DNA of 64,000 nt from Fidelibacterota bacterium (GTDB lineage Bacteria > Fidelibacterota > Marinisomatia > Marinisomatales > Marinisomataceae): NCBI GenBank assembly GCA_019650355.1, contig BOWX01000001.1:10514-74513 (forward strand), given 5' to 3'. The notes under the pieces are model-generated. The model saw only the letters and a list, made by a program, of their open reading frames with translations. It did no database searches and was not told the DNA's origin. The position numbers were made by a program, and so were the translations under genes. This document shows, in pieces, positions 22,390 to 36,182 of this stretch (within the stretch, counting starts at the first letter, position 1; every line of letters starts with the position of its first letter).

Positions 22390-23808
22390 ATGACATTAAT
22401 TAAAGACATAATTAACCAAAATAAGAGATTGGCCAAAATTTCTAAAGTTATATCTGAGTTGAGCGATGAAATTCAGATAAATGCTTTTTTAGTGGGTGGC
22501 TGTGTTCGAGATTTGATGCTAAATCCATTAGCAGAATCAATTGATGTCGATATTATGGTTGAGGGAGATGGAATTGATTTTGCTGAAAAGTTAGCTAGAA
22601 AAATTAACGTTCCAAAAATCGTTCCTTTTAAAAAATTTGCAACTGCCAAAATTCCATTTAAAGAGTATGAAATTGAGGTAGCTTCAGCAAGACTTGAGAA
22701 GTATGATGAATCTTCCAGGAGTCCTTCTGAAGTTGTAATGTCTAATATTGAAGATGATTTATTAAGAAGAGATTTTACAATAAATGCAATGGCTGTATCA
22801 TTGAATAAAGAAAATTTTGGTGAATTTTTTGATCCATTCAATGGAATGGAGGATCTAAGTAATAAAATTTTGAGAACACCTCTTGATTCTGATACAACAT
22901 TTTCAGATGATCCACTGAGAATGATGAGAGCAGCATATTTTGCATCAAAACTATCATTAGATATAGATCCAAGTTGCTTAGAGTCGATTAAAAATAATGC
23001 AGAGAGAATTACAATAGTTTCTCAAGAAAGAAAAACAAATGAATTATTAAAAATTCTAGGTACCAAAAACCATCTATTGGATTAAATATTTTACAAGAAG
23101 CCGGTCTTATGGAATTTGTATTTCCCGAAATTGCAGTAATGTATGGACTTGATCAATCAAATGAATATCATCACAAAGATATTTTCTATCATACTTTGGA
23201 AGTTGTTGATAATGCAGCACAATTATCTGATAAGCTTGATTTAAGATTAGCTGCGTTGGTACATGATATCGCTAAGCCTAAAACACGAAGATTAAGTAAG
23301 TCTAAAGGATATACATTTTATGGACATGATGATGTGGGAGCAAGAATGTTAAAAGGCATATCTTCTAATATGAAATTTTCAAATTCAACAAGGGATTACA
23401 TTGCAAAACTAACGGCATTGCATTTGAGGCCAATAAGTTTAGCAAAAAAGATGTCACTGATTCTGCGATTAGAAGATTAATTGTTGATGCTGGTGAAGAA
23501 ATTGATGATTTAATGAAATTATGTAGAGCTGATATTACTACTAAAAATCCCAAAAATATCACAAAGTATTTAGGCAATTTTGATAGAGTTGAAAAAAGAA
23601 TGAATGAAGTGATTGAAATAGATAAGCTCAAAGCATTTCAATCTCCAGTAAGAGGAGATGAAATTATGAAAATGTTTGATTTGGGTCCTGGTAAGAAGTT
23701 GGAAAAATCAAGACTATGGTAGAAGATGCAATCATTAATGGTGAAATTAGCAACGATTATTCTTCCGCAATGTCATTTTTGGATCAAATTAAACAACAAA
23801 AAAAATAA
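22390..23808 (+). CDS. tRNA nucleotidyltransferase (CCA-adding)/poly(A) polymerase family protein with HD domain; three frameshifts
   Basis: FLVGGCVRDLML..DVDI and RRDFTINAM are the nucleotidyltransferase head. HD domain: YHHKDIFYHTLEV...LAALVHDIAKP. The fragments 22390..23085, 23109..23480, 23513..23722 and a tail to 23808 join when frames are switched at the A-runs 23065-23069 and 23444-23449 and at 23693-23698. Confidence 0.8.
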
Positions 23809-23888
23809 CTTTGCTTTACAAAATGTAAACTTTACTTTACATGTCCTTAAATGATAATATTTATTGGGATAAAAAATGGAAACTTTTC

Positions 23889-23903
23889 GACGTAAATTAC
23901 GTC
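23889..23903. promoter_or_regulatory. perfect 7-1-7 palindrome GACGTAA-A-TTACGTC upstream of the efflux operon (candidate operator or 5'-UTR hairpin)
   Basis: Read directly from the sequence. It sits 22 nt upstream of the tolC-like ATG (23925) and just 5' of its AAGGAG Shine-Dalgarno (23915-23920). It is a GC-containing palindrome in an otherwise AT-rich spacer. Confidence 0.4.
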
Positions 23904-23924
23904 TATAGAGTACCAAGGAGAAAA

Positions 23925-25191
23925 ATGAAGACTAAAATACTATTTATAATTCTTTTAAGTATTATAAGCGCTCAAACCTTAAGCGTTGATGAGGCAGTTA
24001 GAATTGCATTAGAAAACAAGTCTGCAATAACTAATGCAGAAAAGATGTTAGAATTGCCCAGTTGAATAGAAATTCATCAGCTGCACTACTATTGCCATCA
24101 ATAAGTGCTAGTAATTCTTTAGAGAAACAACTTATGGAAACTCTATTATTACAGGATCAGAATCATATTCTGGAGGTGTCAACTTATCTCAAAGTTTATT
24201 TAATTTTGGAGGAAAAGTTAATTCTGTTCGTCAAAGCGATAATTCTTATCAAATCACTAAAATTCAGAAGAGAGAAACAACATCTAGAATAATTTTAAAT
24301 GTATATACATTTTATTATCAACATTTGAAAGACTCAGAGTTGTATGAAATTGCTAAAGAAGATTTAAACCTATCAAAAAGACAACTTGATTTGGTTAAAC
24401 AACGATTTGATCTTGGGGCTGTGAGCAAAACAGACTATTTGAAAGCTACTGTAAGATATGGTTCTGCTAAATCGACCTTGCTTACAAGAGAGCTTAGTTT
24501 CAATAACTCTTTTAAAAATCTAAGAAATAGCATGGGTCTTATTGGTACAGATACTAAGATAAGTCTTCCTAAAAAAGTAGAAATTAACTTAATAATACCT
24601 TCATTTGATGAAGCGTATCAGTTAATGCTTTCTAATAGCCCAAGTTTAAATATTTTAGATAGAAGAGTTACCTCTGCAAAGATTGGCGTGAAACAGTCAT
24701 GGGCATCAAGTTTACCTAGTTTAAGCATGAGCCTTGGTTATAATGCTACATCAAGCGATCAAATTACTAAGCAATATTTTGAGGATAATTACATTAAAAG
24801 TGCAAATTTAACTTTAAGCATACCTCTTTTTAATGGTTTCAGAAAAAGGAACGACATTAAAATTTCCAAATTACAGTTATCTAAAAGTGAAGCTTCACTC
24901 GGCACTGCCAAAAAAGATGCTGAGGTTGAACTTTATTCTTCATTAAACCGATTAAATAATTACGAAGAGTTAATTCCTATTCAACAGGAAATTTTATTAT
25001 CAGCAGAAGAAGATTTAAAATTAGCCGAACAAAAATATGAGCTTGGATCTGCTGATATTCTAGAGTTGCTTGATGCTCAATTAGCAGTTATTCAAGCCAG
25101 CTCTTCATTAGTTACAACTAAGTATGATGCTGCGATTCAAATGGCAACACTAGATAATATCATTGGAACTTTAGACAGAAAATATAAATAA
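23925..25191 (+). CDS. TolC-family outer membrane efflux protein; two frameshifts
   Basis: AAGGAG plus ATG at 23925, with signal peptide MKTKILFIILLSIISAQ and the start of the mature protein TLSVDEAVRIALENKSAI. Listed ORFs 23841..24065, 24062..24292 and 24325..25191 are consecutive pieces. Frames switch near 24050-24060 and 24120-24133 (..LLLPSISASNS.. then YGNSIITGSESYSGGVNLSQSLFNFGGK..). Confidence 0.75.
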
Positions 25192-25200
25192 GGAGTATTT

Positions 25201-26460
25201 GTGAAAAATTTAATTGATAAAATTATGCAACATAAAATGAAAATTTTAGGACTTGTAATTGTTGTTCTAGGGTTATCATTCTTTAATGGAAATAATGATG
25301 ATGGAACTTTAGAAGTTTCAGTTCAAAAAGTTTCGACCAAAGATCTTTCTAGCAAAGTGGTGGCAGATGGAGTTTTAACTCCTGAAACAGAAGTTAAACT
25401 TAGCGCAAACAGTACCACTTACATTACTGAAATTGCTGTAAAGGAAGGAGACTTTGTTAAAAAAGGTGACTTCTTGATGTCATTAGATGATCGTCAACAA
25501 AAAGCTGCTACTGAAGCTTCAAGAGCAAGTCTTGAGGCAGCAAAAGTACAACTTGAACAAAGAAAAGCTCAGCAAGAAAGACAATCAAAACTTTATGCTC
25601 AAGGACTTATATCTGATCAAGAAATGGAAACTACTAATTCCTCATATGCATCAGCACTTAGTGCTTACAATGGTGCTCAATCTAGATTAATTCAAGATGA
25701 AGATGCATTGTCCAAGCTAAGATTAATTGCTCCACAAGATGGAACTATTACTTTTATTGATGGTGAAGTAGGAGATTTAGCTCAAGGTGGTATGTTTAGT
25801 CCAACTGTCTTGATGAAATTATCAGATTTATCTAAAATGGAAGTCTATGTTAATGTAAATGAAAATGATATAGCTGACATATCATTGAATGATACAGCCT
25901 TAATTCAAGTAGATGCATACCAAAACAAAAAATTTAAAGGTCTTGTAAAAGAAGTTGCATACGCTGCTACTACATCCAGCGGAGGTTCATCTCAACAAGT
26001 AACGAATTTTCAAGTTAAAGTGCAAATGTTAGAAGTAGTTGATGGAATGAGACCAGGTATGAGCGCTACTGTCGATATAATAACAGAGGAAAGACCGGGA
26101 GCTATTGCTATTCCAATTCAGGCATTGACTACTCCAAGACCAGGCAAAAGTGCTGAAAAGAAATCAGGATTTTCTGCTGAGGTTAGTGTCAATGGAGAGT
26201 CACAGTGGTCCAATAGAAAGCAATTTGGAGGCAATCAAAAAAAATCAACAGTTGTTTTTGTCTTGAAAGATGATAATACTGTTGAGCAACGTATTGTTGA
26301 AGCAGGTATTGTTGGAGACAGAGATTATGAAATTATTTCAGGATTAGAAGTAGATGAGACAATTGTTACAGGTAGTTTTATTGCTATTAGTAGAGAATTA
26401 TATGATGGAGCTGTTGTTAAAGTAAAAGAAAATTCTAGACCAAGTCGTAAACGTGGCTAA
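25201..26460 (+). CDS. efflux periplasmic adaptor (membrane fusion protein, MacA/HlyD family)
   Basis: N-terminal TM anchor, lipoyl-like halves ([17 protein letters not shown] ... LIAPQDGTI) flanking a coiled-coil hairpin, then beta-barrel/MP domains. Position is between tolC-like and the ABC genes. Confidence 0.8.
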   Translation: MKNLIDKIMQHKMKILGLVIVVLGLSFFNGNNDDGTLEVSVQKVSTKDLSSKVVADGVLTPETEVKLSANSTTYITEIAVKEGDFVKKGDFLMSLDDRQQKAATEASRASLEAAKVQLEQRKAQQERQSKLYAQGLISDQEMETTNSSYASALSAYNGAQSRLIQDEDALSKLRLIAPQDGTITFIDGEVGDLAQGGMFSPTVLMKLSDLSKMEVYVNVNENDIADISLNDTALIQVDAYQNKKFKGLVKEVAYAATTSSGGSSQQVTNFQVKVQMLEVVDGMRPGMSATVDIITEERPGAIAIPIQALTTPRPGKSAEKKSGFSAEVSVNGESQWSNRKQFGGNQKKSTVVFVLKDDNTVEQRIVEAGIVGDRDYEIISGLEVDETIVTGSFIAISRELYDGAVVKVKENSRPSRKRG

Positions 26461-27142
26461 GTCCAAAAAAGAAATTATATCTATTCAGTCCGTATCTAAG
26501 ATCTACAATTTAGGTGAAACGGTTGTTAAGGCTTTAGATAATGTATCATTAAGCATTTATGATAACGATTACATTTCTATCATGGGACCTTCAGGTTCTG
26601 GAAAATCAACATTAATGAATATTATTGGATGCTTAGATGTCCCTACTAAAGGAAAATATAAATTTAAAGATGAGTTAATTTCTGAGATGGATGATAACCA
26701 ACTTGCCAATATTAGAAATGAAAAAATTGGTTTTGTTTTTCAAACTTTTAATCTCCTTCCAAAACTTAATGCTATGCAAAATGTTGAGGTTCCTTTGATT
26801 TATTCTTCACTTGGAAGAAAAGAAAGGATAGAACGCGCAGAAGAGGCATTACATATTGTAGGTTTGCAGGATAGAATGACTCACAAGCCTAATGAATTAT
26901 CAGGAGGACAAAGACAAAGAGTTGCTATTGCAAGAGCATTAGTAAATAAGCCCTCAATCATTTTGGCTGATGAACCTACTGGTAATTTAGATTCAAAAAG
27001 TGGTAATGAAATCTTGAAATTTTTTGCAAAACTACATAAGGATGGAAATACAATTATTATGGTGACCCATGAAGAGTCTGTAGCAAAGCTTTCTAAAAGA
27101 CGTATTGATATTTTTGATGGAAAAATTGCTAGAGATGAATAA
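26453..27142 (+). CDS. ABC transporter ATP-binding protein (MacB/LolD-type)
   Basis: Walker [10 protein letters not shown], signature [15 protein letters not shown], Walker [12 protein letters not shown] and the FVFQ.FNLLP motif typical of the MacB/LolD clade. Confidence 0.9.
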   Translation: MAKSKKEIISIQSVSKIYNLGETVVKALDNVSLSIYDNDYISIMGPSGSGKSTLMNIIGCLDVPTKGKYKFKDELISEMDDNQLANIRNEKIGFVFQTFNLLPKLNAMQNVEVPLIYSSLGRKERIERAEEALHIVGLQDRMTHKPNELSGGQRQRVAIARALVNKPSIILADEPTGNLDSKSGNEILKFFAKLHKDGNTIIMVTHEESVAKLSKRRIDIFDGKIARDE

Positions 27143-28376
27143 TTTTTTTAAAAATATTATCATTGGTTTATTTTCTGTTAGATCAAATCTCACCAGAGTT
27201 ATTTTAACCGCTTCAGGTTTAACAATAGGTATTTTCACCGTAAGTATAGTTTCTGCAGCAGTTTCAAGTATTGATAAAGAATTTGCTAAATCAATGGATT
27301 ATTATGGTAATGATAAAGTATATGTTGGAACGTGGCCGTGGTCTTTTGATTTTGATTGGTGGAAATATAGAAATCGTCCAAAAATTGAAGAATCTTCATT
27401 AGAGTATATTACCCAATACAGTGAGTACATTACAGATGTAAGTATCAAAAAAAATACTTGGACTAGAGCAACTTATGGAAATAAAGCCTCATGGGTACAA
27501 TTGAACGGAGTATACCCAAGTTATCAAGATATGTTAAGTGGCACAAAAATTGAGAACGGAAGATTTTTCTCTCAAAATGAATGGGATCTTCAAAGAAGAG
27601 TTATCATTGTTGGAGGTACTGTAAGAGACGGTTTTTTTCAAGGTAAAGACCCTATTGGCAAAAAAATAAGATTGAATAATGTTACTTTTGAAATTATTGG
27701 TGAATTGAAAAAACAAGGAATAGGAATGGTTCCAGGTGGAACATTAGATAACTTAGTTATTATGCCCTCAACTACATTTGAAAGAATTCTTACAAGATGG
27801 GGTTTTGATGAACTGGTTTTACAAACCAATCCTGAAGATATTCCTTTAGCAAAAGAAGAAGTTGGAATGATTATGCGTGTTGCTAGAAAAATTCCTCCAG
27901 GTGATGATGATAATTTTGCTGTTAATTCAGCTGATGCATATATGGAACAATTTAATACAATGAAAAATGCAATAGCGGGAATGGGATTTTTAGTAACAGG
28001 AATTTCTTTGGTAGTCTCTGCAATTGGTATTATGAACGTAATGTTTGTATCAGTTAGAGAACGAACAAGAGAGATTGGCCTTAGAAAAGCAATGGGAGCA
28101 ACCAATTTCAATATATTAACTCAATTTTTAAGCGAGGCAGTGGCTATAGCAATTATTGGAGGATCAGTTGGAATTGCACTCATTCGATTAACAGTTTTTG
28201 GACTCGCTTCTTTTCCTATACCAAACTTTAATGGCGCAACATTACCAATAAGTTTTGACTTATTGCTTGTATTTTACACCTTTACTGTGTGTGTTTTCAT
28301 TGGTGTTTTAGCAGGTTTGATTCCAGCCAGAACAGCAGCAAATCTAAATCCTATTGATGCCTTAAGAGATGAATAG
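27135..28376 (+). CDS. ABC transporter permease, MacB/FtsX type (paralogue 1)
   Basis: TM1, then a ~250 aa periplasmic domain, then the FtsX 3-TM bundle ([16 protein letters not shown]). The ATG at 27135 overlaps the ATPase stop by 8 nt. The listed start at 27105 is probably too far upstream. Confidence 0.85.
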   Translation: MNNFFKNIIIGLFSVRSNLTRVILTASGLTIGIFTVSIVSAAVSSIDKEFAKSMDYYGNDKVYVGTWPWSFDFDWWKYRNRPKIEESSLEYITQYSEYITDVSIKKNTWTRATYGNKASWVQLNGVYPSYQDMLSGTKIENGRFFSQNEWDLQRRVIIVGGTVRDGFFQGKDPIGKKIRLNNVTFEIIGELKKQGIGMVPGGTLDNLVIMPSTTFERILTRWGFDELVLQTNPEDIPLAKEEVGMIMRVARKIPPGDDDNFAVNSADAYMEQFNTMKNAIAGMGFLVTGISLVVSAIGIMNVMFVSVRERTREIGLRKAMGATNFNILTQFLSEAVAIAIIGGSVGIALIRLTVFGLASFPIPNFNGATLPISFDLLLVFYTFTVCVFIGVLAGLIPARTAANLNPIDALRDE

Positions 28377-29640
28377 AATAATAAATTATTTAGTCGATGC
28401 TATCGGTGGAGTACTTTTTTATTTTGGTCAAACAAAACTAAGAACTGCGTTAACTCTGATGGGTATTACTGTGGGAGTTTCTTCTATCATTGCAATTATG
28501 ACAGTTTTAGAAACTTTTGAACAATCGACTGAGTCGTTAGTCGCAGATATGAAAACCAACATATTTTACATTACAAAAGATAATCCTGTCCAAGTACAAT
28601 TTGGTAATGATGCAGGATGGGGTAAAAGAAAAATACCAAGAATTACATGGGATGAATATGAGCAATTAAAACGAAATCTTACTCTAGTAACTAACATGGC
28701 TGCTACAACCACGGAAGAACCAAGCGATAGAACAATCTCTGTTGGAAAAGAAGAATTGAAAAGTAGACTTGCAAGTTTTTGGGGTTCTGATGGCGATGTA
28801 TTATCCGTTTCAAAATATGATATCCTTGATGGAAGAAATATTCAAGATGTTGATATAGAAAATGCTAGTAGGGTTGCTATCGTAGGATATTATATTAAAG
28901 AGCAACTCTTTCCATACTCAAATCCAGTGGGACAAAATATAGAAATTGACAATATACCTTTTGAAATAATCGCTTTAACTGAACCTAAAGGTGAATTGTT
29001 AGGTCAAAATATGGATAGTATGATTGGTATTCCTATCAGCACATATTTAAAATATTATGGAGGAAAAGGATGGAGAGGGAGACCTGATCTTCAACTTATT
29101 TTAGAAGCAGAATCCATGGATACTTTGGAAGATGCAACTGATGAAGCTATTGGAGTATTTAGAGCTATAAGAAAAATTCCACCAGGTGAACCTAATAACT
29201 TTTACATTGCAACCAATGATCAATTAATGGACACTTTTGGCAGCTTTACATCATCTATAAAAATTTTTGTTGGTTTGGTAGCAGGTATTTCTTTAATCGT
29301 CGCTGGGATTGGAATTGCTAATATTATGCTAGTTTCTTTAACAGAAAGAATTAAAGAGATTGGTATTAGAAAAGCTTTAGGCGCAAGAAGAGTAGATATC
29401 TTTTTACAATTCTTAATTGAAGCAATTTTAATCTCTATCCTTGGTGGAATTGTTGGGATTATTTTGGGCTTATCTTTCGGTAATGTAGTAGCTACCTTTC
29501 TTGAACAAAATCCTGTAATTCCATATGAGTGGGTGTTCTATAGTCTACAAATTTGTGCTTCTATGGGTATAATATTTGGTCTCTATCCAGCAATTAAAGC
29601 ATCAAAGTTGAATCCAATTGATTCAATGAGATACGACTAA
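28369..29640 (+). CDS. ABC transporter permease, MacB/FtsX type (paralogue 2)
   Basis: Same architecture as the preceding gene (LTERIKEIGIRKALGA, C-terminal LNPIDSMRYD versus [10 protein letters not shown]). Confidence 0.85.
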   Translation: MNRIINYLVDAIGGVLFYFGQTKLRTALTLMGITVGVSSIIAIMTVLETFEQSTESLVADMKTNIFYITKDNPVQVQFGNDAGWGKRKIPRITWDEYEQLKRNLTLVTNMAATTTEEPSDRTISVGKEELKSRLASFWGSDGDVLSVSKYDILDGRNIQDVDIENASRVAIVGYYIKEQLFPYSNPVGQNIEIDNIPFEIIALTEPKGELLGQNMDSMIGIPISTYLKYYGGKGWRGRPDLQLILEAESMDTLEDATDEAIGVFRAIRKIPPGEPNNFYIATNDQLMDTFGSFTSSIKIFVGLVAGISLIVAGIGIANIMLVSLTERIKEIGIRKALGARRVDIFLQFLIEAILISILGGIVGIILGLSFGNVVATFLEQNPVIPYEWVFYSLQICASMGIIFGLYPAIKASKLNPIDSMRYD

Positions 29641-29698
29641 GTCTTATGGCCTTTTCTTGATGAAGTCTTTCTAATCATCTAAATTGTCAAAATAATTT

Positions 29699-30006
29699 AT
29701 GTCCAAAAAAAATAAAATTTCAGAACAAGAAGTAAAGAAGATTGCTGAATTATCAAGATTATCTTTAACAAGCGAAGAGCTTAAAAAACGCACAGAAGAT
29801 ATGAATAATATTCTTAATTATATGGATACATTAAACGAAATTGATACTGAAAACGTTGAAGAGTTATATAATGTTCATGATATGAACAACACTTTAAGAG
29901 AGGATAATTATGAATCTTCATTGGATAAAAAAGATGTATTAGCAAATAGTCCAAGTTCTAATTCTGATTATGTTGAAGTGCCCTTAACTGTAAAGAAGGA
30001 AAGCCA

Positions 30007-30010
<4 letters not shown>
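29699..30010 (+). CDS. gatC: Asp-tRNA(Asn)/Glu-tRNA(Gln) amidotransferase subunit C
   Basis: VKKIAELSRLSLTSEELKK...ILNYMDTLNEIDTENVE. ~100 aa. Confidence 0.8.
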
Positions 30011-32287
<2,277 letters not shown>

Positions 32288-32289
32288 AT

Positions 32290-33110
32290 ATGAATAAAGT
32301 AAAGCTAGATAACATTATTTTTGGAGATAGCGCTATACCTTTCATTGGAGGTCCATGTGTTATTGAAAGCAGAGATCATTGTTTCGGCATTGCTGAAAAA
32401 ATAACTGAAATTACATCTAAGCTAAATATCCCATTTGTTTTTAAGAGCTCTTTTGATAAGGCTAACAGGACATCTATTTCATCATTTAGAGGAGATGGTT
32501 TAGATGCTGGATTAAAGATTTTAGAAGAAATAAAAAACAACTTTAACATTCCGGTCACTACAGATATTCATTTACCTGAACACGCCAATGCAGTGTGTGA
32601 TGTAGTAGATATCATTCAAATTCCAGCATTTCTTTGTAGGCAAACTGATTTATTAGTTGAAGCAGCAAAAACTGGTAAGGTAGTGAATGTTAAGAAAGGA
32701 CAGTTTTTATCTCCTTACAAAGTAGAAAATATCATTAAAAACTAGAAGAAAGTGGCAATAAAAATATTCTAATTACAGAAAGAGGAAATACTTTTGGTTA
32801 TGATAGTTTAGTTACTGACCTAAAATCGATTCCCATAATGCAAGCATTTGGTTATCCTGTTATTTTTGATGCCACACATAGTGCACAAATACCTGGAAAT
32901 CATGAATCAAAAACAGGTGGTAATAGGCAATTCATTCCAAACCAAACATTTGCTGCTGTTTCATCAGGTGCAGATGGCATTTTCATGGAAGTTCATGATG
33001 ACGTCGATAATGCATTAAGTGATGCTAGTACACAATGGCCAATTGATAAATTAGAAAACATATTAACATCTATTATTGCTTTCAGAAAAACATACTTAGA
33101 TCATGGATAA
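32290..33110 (+). CDS. kdsA: 3-deoxy-8-phosphooctulonate synthase; frameshift in the A-run at 32737-32741
   Basis: GPCVIES, FKSSFDKANR.S and IQIPAFLCRQTDLL lie in listed ORF 32290..32745. KLEESGNKNILITERGNTFGYDSLVTDLKSIPIM continues in frame 0 into listed ORF 32838..33110 (VIFDATHS). Confidence 0.85.
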
Positions 33111-33645
33111 AAAATTAAAAGATTCACTTTCAAAAATTAAATTATTGATTTGTGACATTGATGGTGTTCTAACTGACGGATCATTTATTAAAAGTACTTC
33201 TGGTGAAGAATTAAGATCTTTTAATGCACTTGATGGTGTGGGTTTTGTAGTGCTCAGGTTATTAGATCTAAATGTTAAAACAGCATGGATTACAGGGAGG
33301 GAATCTCTTACAACAACTCAAAGAGCAGAAGAGCTTCAAATTGATGATGTATATAATGGAGTAATTCGAAAAATTGATGCTTATAACGAATTAAAAAAGA
33401 AATATGAATTATCTGATAGCGAAGTTTGCTTCATTGGGGATGACATTATTGATATACCGATCTTAGAAAAAGTTGGATTTGCCGTTACAGTGCCAAATGC
33501 TCCAAAGTATATATCTAATTATGCGCACTATACCACTGCAGTTGAGGGAGGTAAAGGCGCAGTAAGAGAAGTAATTGATTTACTCATTGAATCAAAAGGT
33601 GATTTTTCTGAACAATTAGATAAGTTAGTTAGCGACCTAAGATGA
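33103..33645 (+). CDS. kdsC: KDO 8-phosphate phosphatase (HAD superfamily)
   Basis: LLICDIDGVLTDG, WITGRES and FIGDDIIDIP. 180 aa, adjacent to kdsA. Confidence 0.8.
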   Translation: MDKKLKDSLSKIKLLICDIDGVLTDGSFIKSTSGEELRSFNALDGVGFVVLRLLDLNVKTAWITGRESLTTTQRAEELQIDDVYNGVIRKIDAYNELKKKYELSDSEVCFIGDDIIDIPILEKVGFAVTVPNAPKYISNYAHYTTAVEGGKGAVREVIDLLIESKGDFSEQLDKLVSDLR

Positions 33646-34172
33646 CATTTGACTTAATCAGAAAACTAATTTTTTTATCGTTATTTTTTTCAATTTCATG
33701 TTCAAAAAATGACTTTACAGATAATTTTGAAAAAGATATTCATGACCAATTATCAACAAATGTTGAAATAACTTTAACAAAAAAAGGTAATGTAACTGCA
33801 AAAATTAAATCTGAGGTTCTAAAAAAAAATAATCAATCTCTTCAGTTAGAATTATTTGATAATGTGAATGTTGACTTATTTGATGAAAATTTTCAGCAAA
33901 AATCTTTAATCAAATCGCAATCTGCAATGGTAAATGAAAAAGAAAACAAAATAAAAGCTTATGGAAGCGTTGTGGTCATTTCGAACGATGGTAAAATACT
34001 TATGACTGATTCTTTGACATGGGATAATAATTCTGATAAAATTTATACAGATGCAAATCTTGAATTCATTACATCAGATTCAGATACTCTTTATGGAACT
34101 GGATTTAAATCTAATATAGACCTAACTGATTGGAATATTTTGCAACCAAGAGGAAGAATTAGTAATGACTAA
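33642..34172 (+). CDS. lptC: LptC-like LPS export protein (lipobox-containing)
   Basis: 176 aa. N-terminal hydrophobic segment ending in a FSISC lipobox. All-beta OstA-like composition. Position is immediately upstream of lptB and overlaps it. Confidence 0.55.
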   Translation: MTFDLIRKLIFLSLFFSISCSKNDFTDNFEKDIHDQLSTNVEITLTKKGNVTAKIKSEVLKKNNQSLQLELFDNVNVDLFDENFQQKSLIKSQSAMVNEKENKIKAYGSVVVISNDGKILMTDSLTWDNNSDKIYTDANLEFITSDSDTLYGTGFKSNIDLTDWNILQPRGRISND

Positions 34173-34896
34173 AGTATTAAGAGCAGAAAATCTTGTTAAA
34201 AAATATGGAGATTTTTATGCCGTTAATGACATCGATTTAAATTTAAAAAAAGGTGAAGTTGTAGGACTTTTAGGCCCAAATGGAGCTGGAAAAACAACAA
34301 CATTTTACATGATTACTGGAATGATAAGGCCTTCCTCTGGTAAAATAATTTTTGGAGATAAAGATATAACAAAGTCTCCCATGTACAAAAGAGCTAGAAT
34401 GGGAATTGGGTATTTAGCTCAGGAACCATCAATTTTTGGAAAACTAAGTGTTGAAGATAATTTGAAAATCGTTCTAGAAACAATCATTTCTAGCAAAGAA
34501 GAACAAAATAATCTAATTGATAAACTTTTGAATGAGTTCAATATTTCTCATATAAGAAATAATATGGGAGCTGGATTGTCAGGCGGGGAAAGGCGTAGAG
34601 TTGAAATATGCCGTACTTTAGCCTTAAAGCCTGATTTTGTGTTATTAGATGAACCGTTTGCAGGTGTTGATCCAATAGCAGTTGAAGATATTCAACAGAT
34701 GATTATTTCTCTAAAACAGCAAAATATTGGAGTACTAATTACTGATCATAATGTTAGAGAGACACTTTCAATTACAGATAGGTCATACCTTCTATACGGA
34801 GGAAAGATATTAAAATCAGGAGATGCCCAAACCTTAGCTAATGATGAGGAAGTCAGAAGAATATACTTGGGTAAAAATTTTAAATTGGATCAATGA
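34165..34896 (+). CDS. lptB: LPS export ABC transporter ATP-binding protein
   Basis: GPNGAGKTTTFYMI, LSGGERRRVEICRTL, LLDEPFAGVDP and ITDHNVRETL. Position is lptC-lptB-rpoN. Confidence 0.9.
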   Translation: MTKVLRAENLVKKYGDFYAVNDIDLNLKKGEVVGLLGPNGAGKTTTFYMITGMIRPSSGKIIFGDKDITKSPMYKRARMGIGYLAQEPSIFGKLSVEDNLKIVLETIISSKEEQNNLIDKLLNEFNISHIRNNMGAGLSGGERRRVEICRTLALKPDFVLLDEPFAGVDPIAVEDIQQMIISLKQQNIGVLITDHNVRETLSITDRSYLLYGGKILKSGDAQTLANDEEVRRIYLGKNFKLDQ

Positions 34897-36182
34897 ACAA
34901 ACTTTCTACCAAGCTTAGACAAAAACAATCTATAGTTCCTCAGCAAATTATAAAATCTAGACTATTAGAGTTATCTATTGATGAGCTTGAAAAAGATTTG
35001 GAAAATGAAATACAAGTAAACCCTGTAATTGAAGAAAAAAGCATTGAAGAATCAAGATCAAATAATCAGGTAGATTCATTTCAAGATCAAAGTAGCTATG
35101 AATTATTCTTAGCAAATATTCCAGAAAGCAAGGACATCACAGATGATTTAATAACTCAAATTGATACATCAAATCTTGATGAGAAATCAAAATTAATTGG
35201 AAAAGAAATAGTATTTAATTTAGATAAGAATGGATTTTTAGATATTGAGTTAGAGTTAATAGCAGATAATCATAATGTTGATGTTGAAGAAATAGAACAA
35301 ATCAGAAAAGAAGTAATGGAGCTTAATCCTGTGGGTGTGGGAAGCAAAGATTTGAAAGAGTATTTAACTTTTCAAATTGGAGATTCTAATGCACTATCAA
35401 ACAAAATAGTTGAAAATCATTTTGATGATTTTCTAAATCAGGATAAAGATAAAATAAAACAACATATAAATTGTACGGACAAAGAAATTGATGAAGCTTT
35501 TTCATTCATTTCAGATCAAAATTTTTCACCTATTCTTGATAATGATTTAGGCATCGAAAATGTTTTACCAGACGCTATAGTAAAGGAAAAAGAAGATAAG
35601 TGGTTGATTCTTATAAATGATAGACTATTAAATAAGTATCAAATTTCGCAAGATTATCTTGATGCAGCAATGAATTCAAATTCTTCAAAAGAAGAAAAAA
35701 CTTTTTTAAAAAACCATATTAGTGATGCACAGAATATCTTAGATACATTGAATTATAGATCTAATACACTTAAGGATGTTATTGAGCAAATTTTATTAGT
35801 GCAGGGAAATTTTTTAAGCAATAAAAGTGAATTTTTAAATCCGTTAAAATTAGAAGATATTGCAAATAAAATTGATAAAGATATTTCAAGTATTAGTAGA
35901 GTGGTCAAAAATAAATATATTGATACACCAATTGGATTAATTAGTTTAAAAAGTTTATTTTCAAACGCATTAACTAAAAAATCTGGTAAAATTGCATCTA
36001 CAAATGAGCTTAAAAAAGTGATGCTTGAAATAATAGATGCCGAGGATAAAAAATCTCCACTATCTGATTCAGATATTGTAGAGAAATTAAATGAAAAAGA
36101 TTTTCTGGTAGCAAGAAGAACGGTTGCTAAGTATAGAAAGCTATTAGATATTAAAAATGTAAATCAAAGGATAGAAAAATGA
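34893..36182 (+). CDS. rpoN: RNA polymerase sigma-54 factor
   Basis: C-terminal RpoN box ARRTVAKYR, an acidic/Q-rich N-terminal region, and conserved position after lptB. Confidence 0.9.
   Translation: MNKLSTKLRQKQSIVPQQIIKSRLLELSIDELEKDLENEIQVNPVIEEKSIEESRSNNQVDSFQDQSSYELFLANIPESKDITDDLITQIDTSNLDEKSKLIGKEIVFNLDKNGFLDIELELIADNHNVDVEEIEQIRKEVMELNPVGVGSKDLKEYLTFQIGDSNALSNKIVENHFDDFLNQDKDKIKQHINCTDKEIDEAFSFISDQNFSPILDNDLGIENVLPDAIVKEKEDKWLILINDRLLNKYQISQDYLDAAMNSNSSKEEKTFLKNHISDAQNILDTLNYRSNTLKDVIEQILLVQGNFLSNKSEFLNPLKLEDIANKIDKDISSISRVVKNKYIDTPIGLISLKSLFSNALTKKSGKIASTNELKKVMLEIIDAEDKKSPLSDSDIVEKLNEKDFLVARRTVAKYRKLLDIKNVNQRIEK

Noticed and set aside
23841-24292. Listed ORFs 23841..24065 and 24062..24292 as independent small genes.
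   Set aside because: They read as consecutive pieces of the N-terminus of the TolC-family protein (signal peptide, then ..LLLPSISASNS..) separated by frameshifts. The real start is the SD-preceded ATG at 23925.
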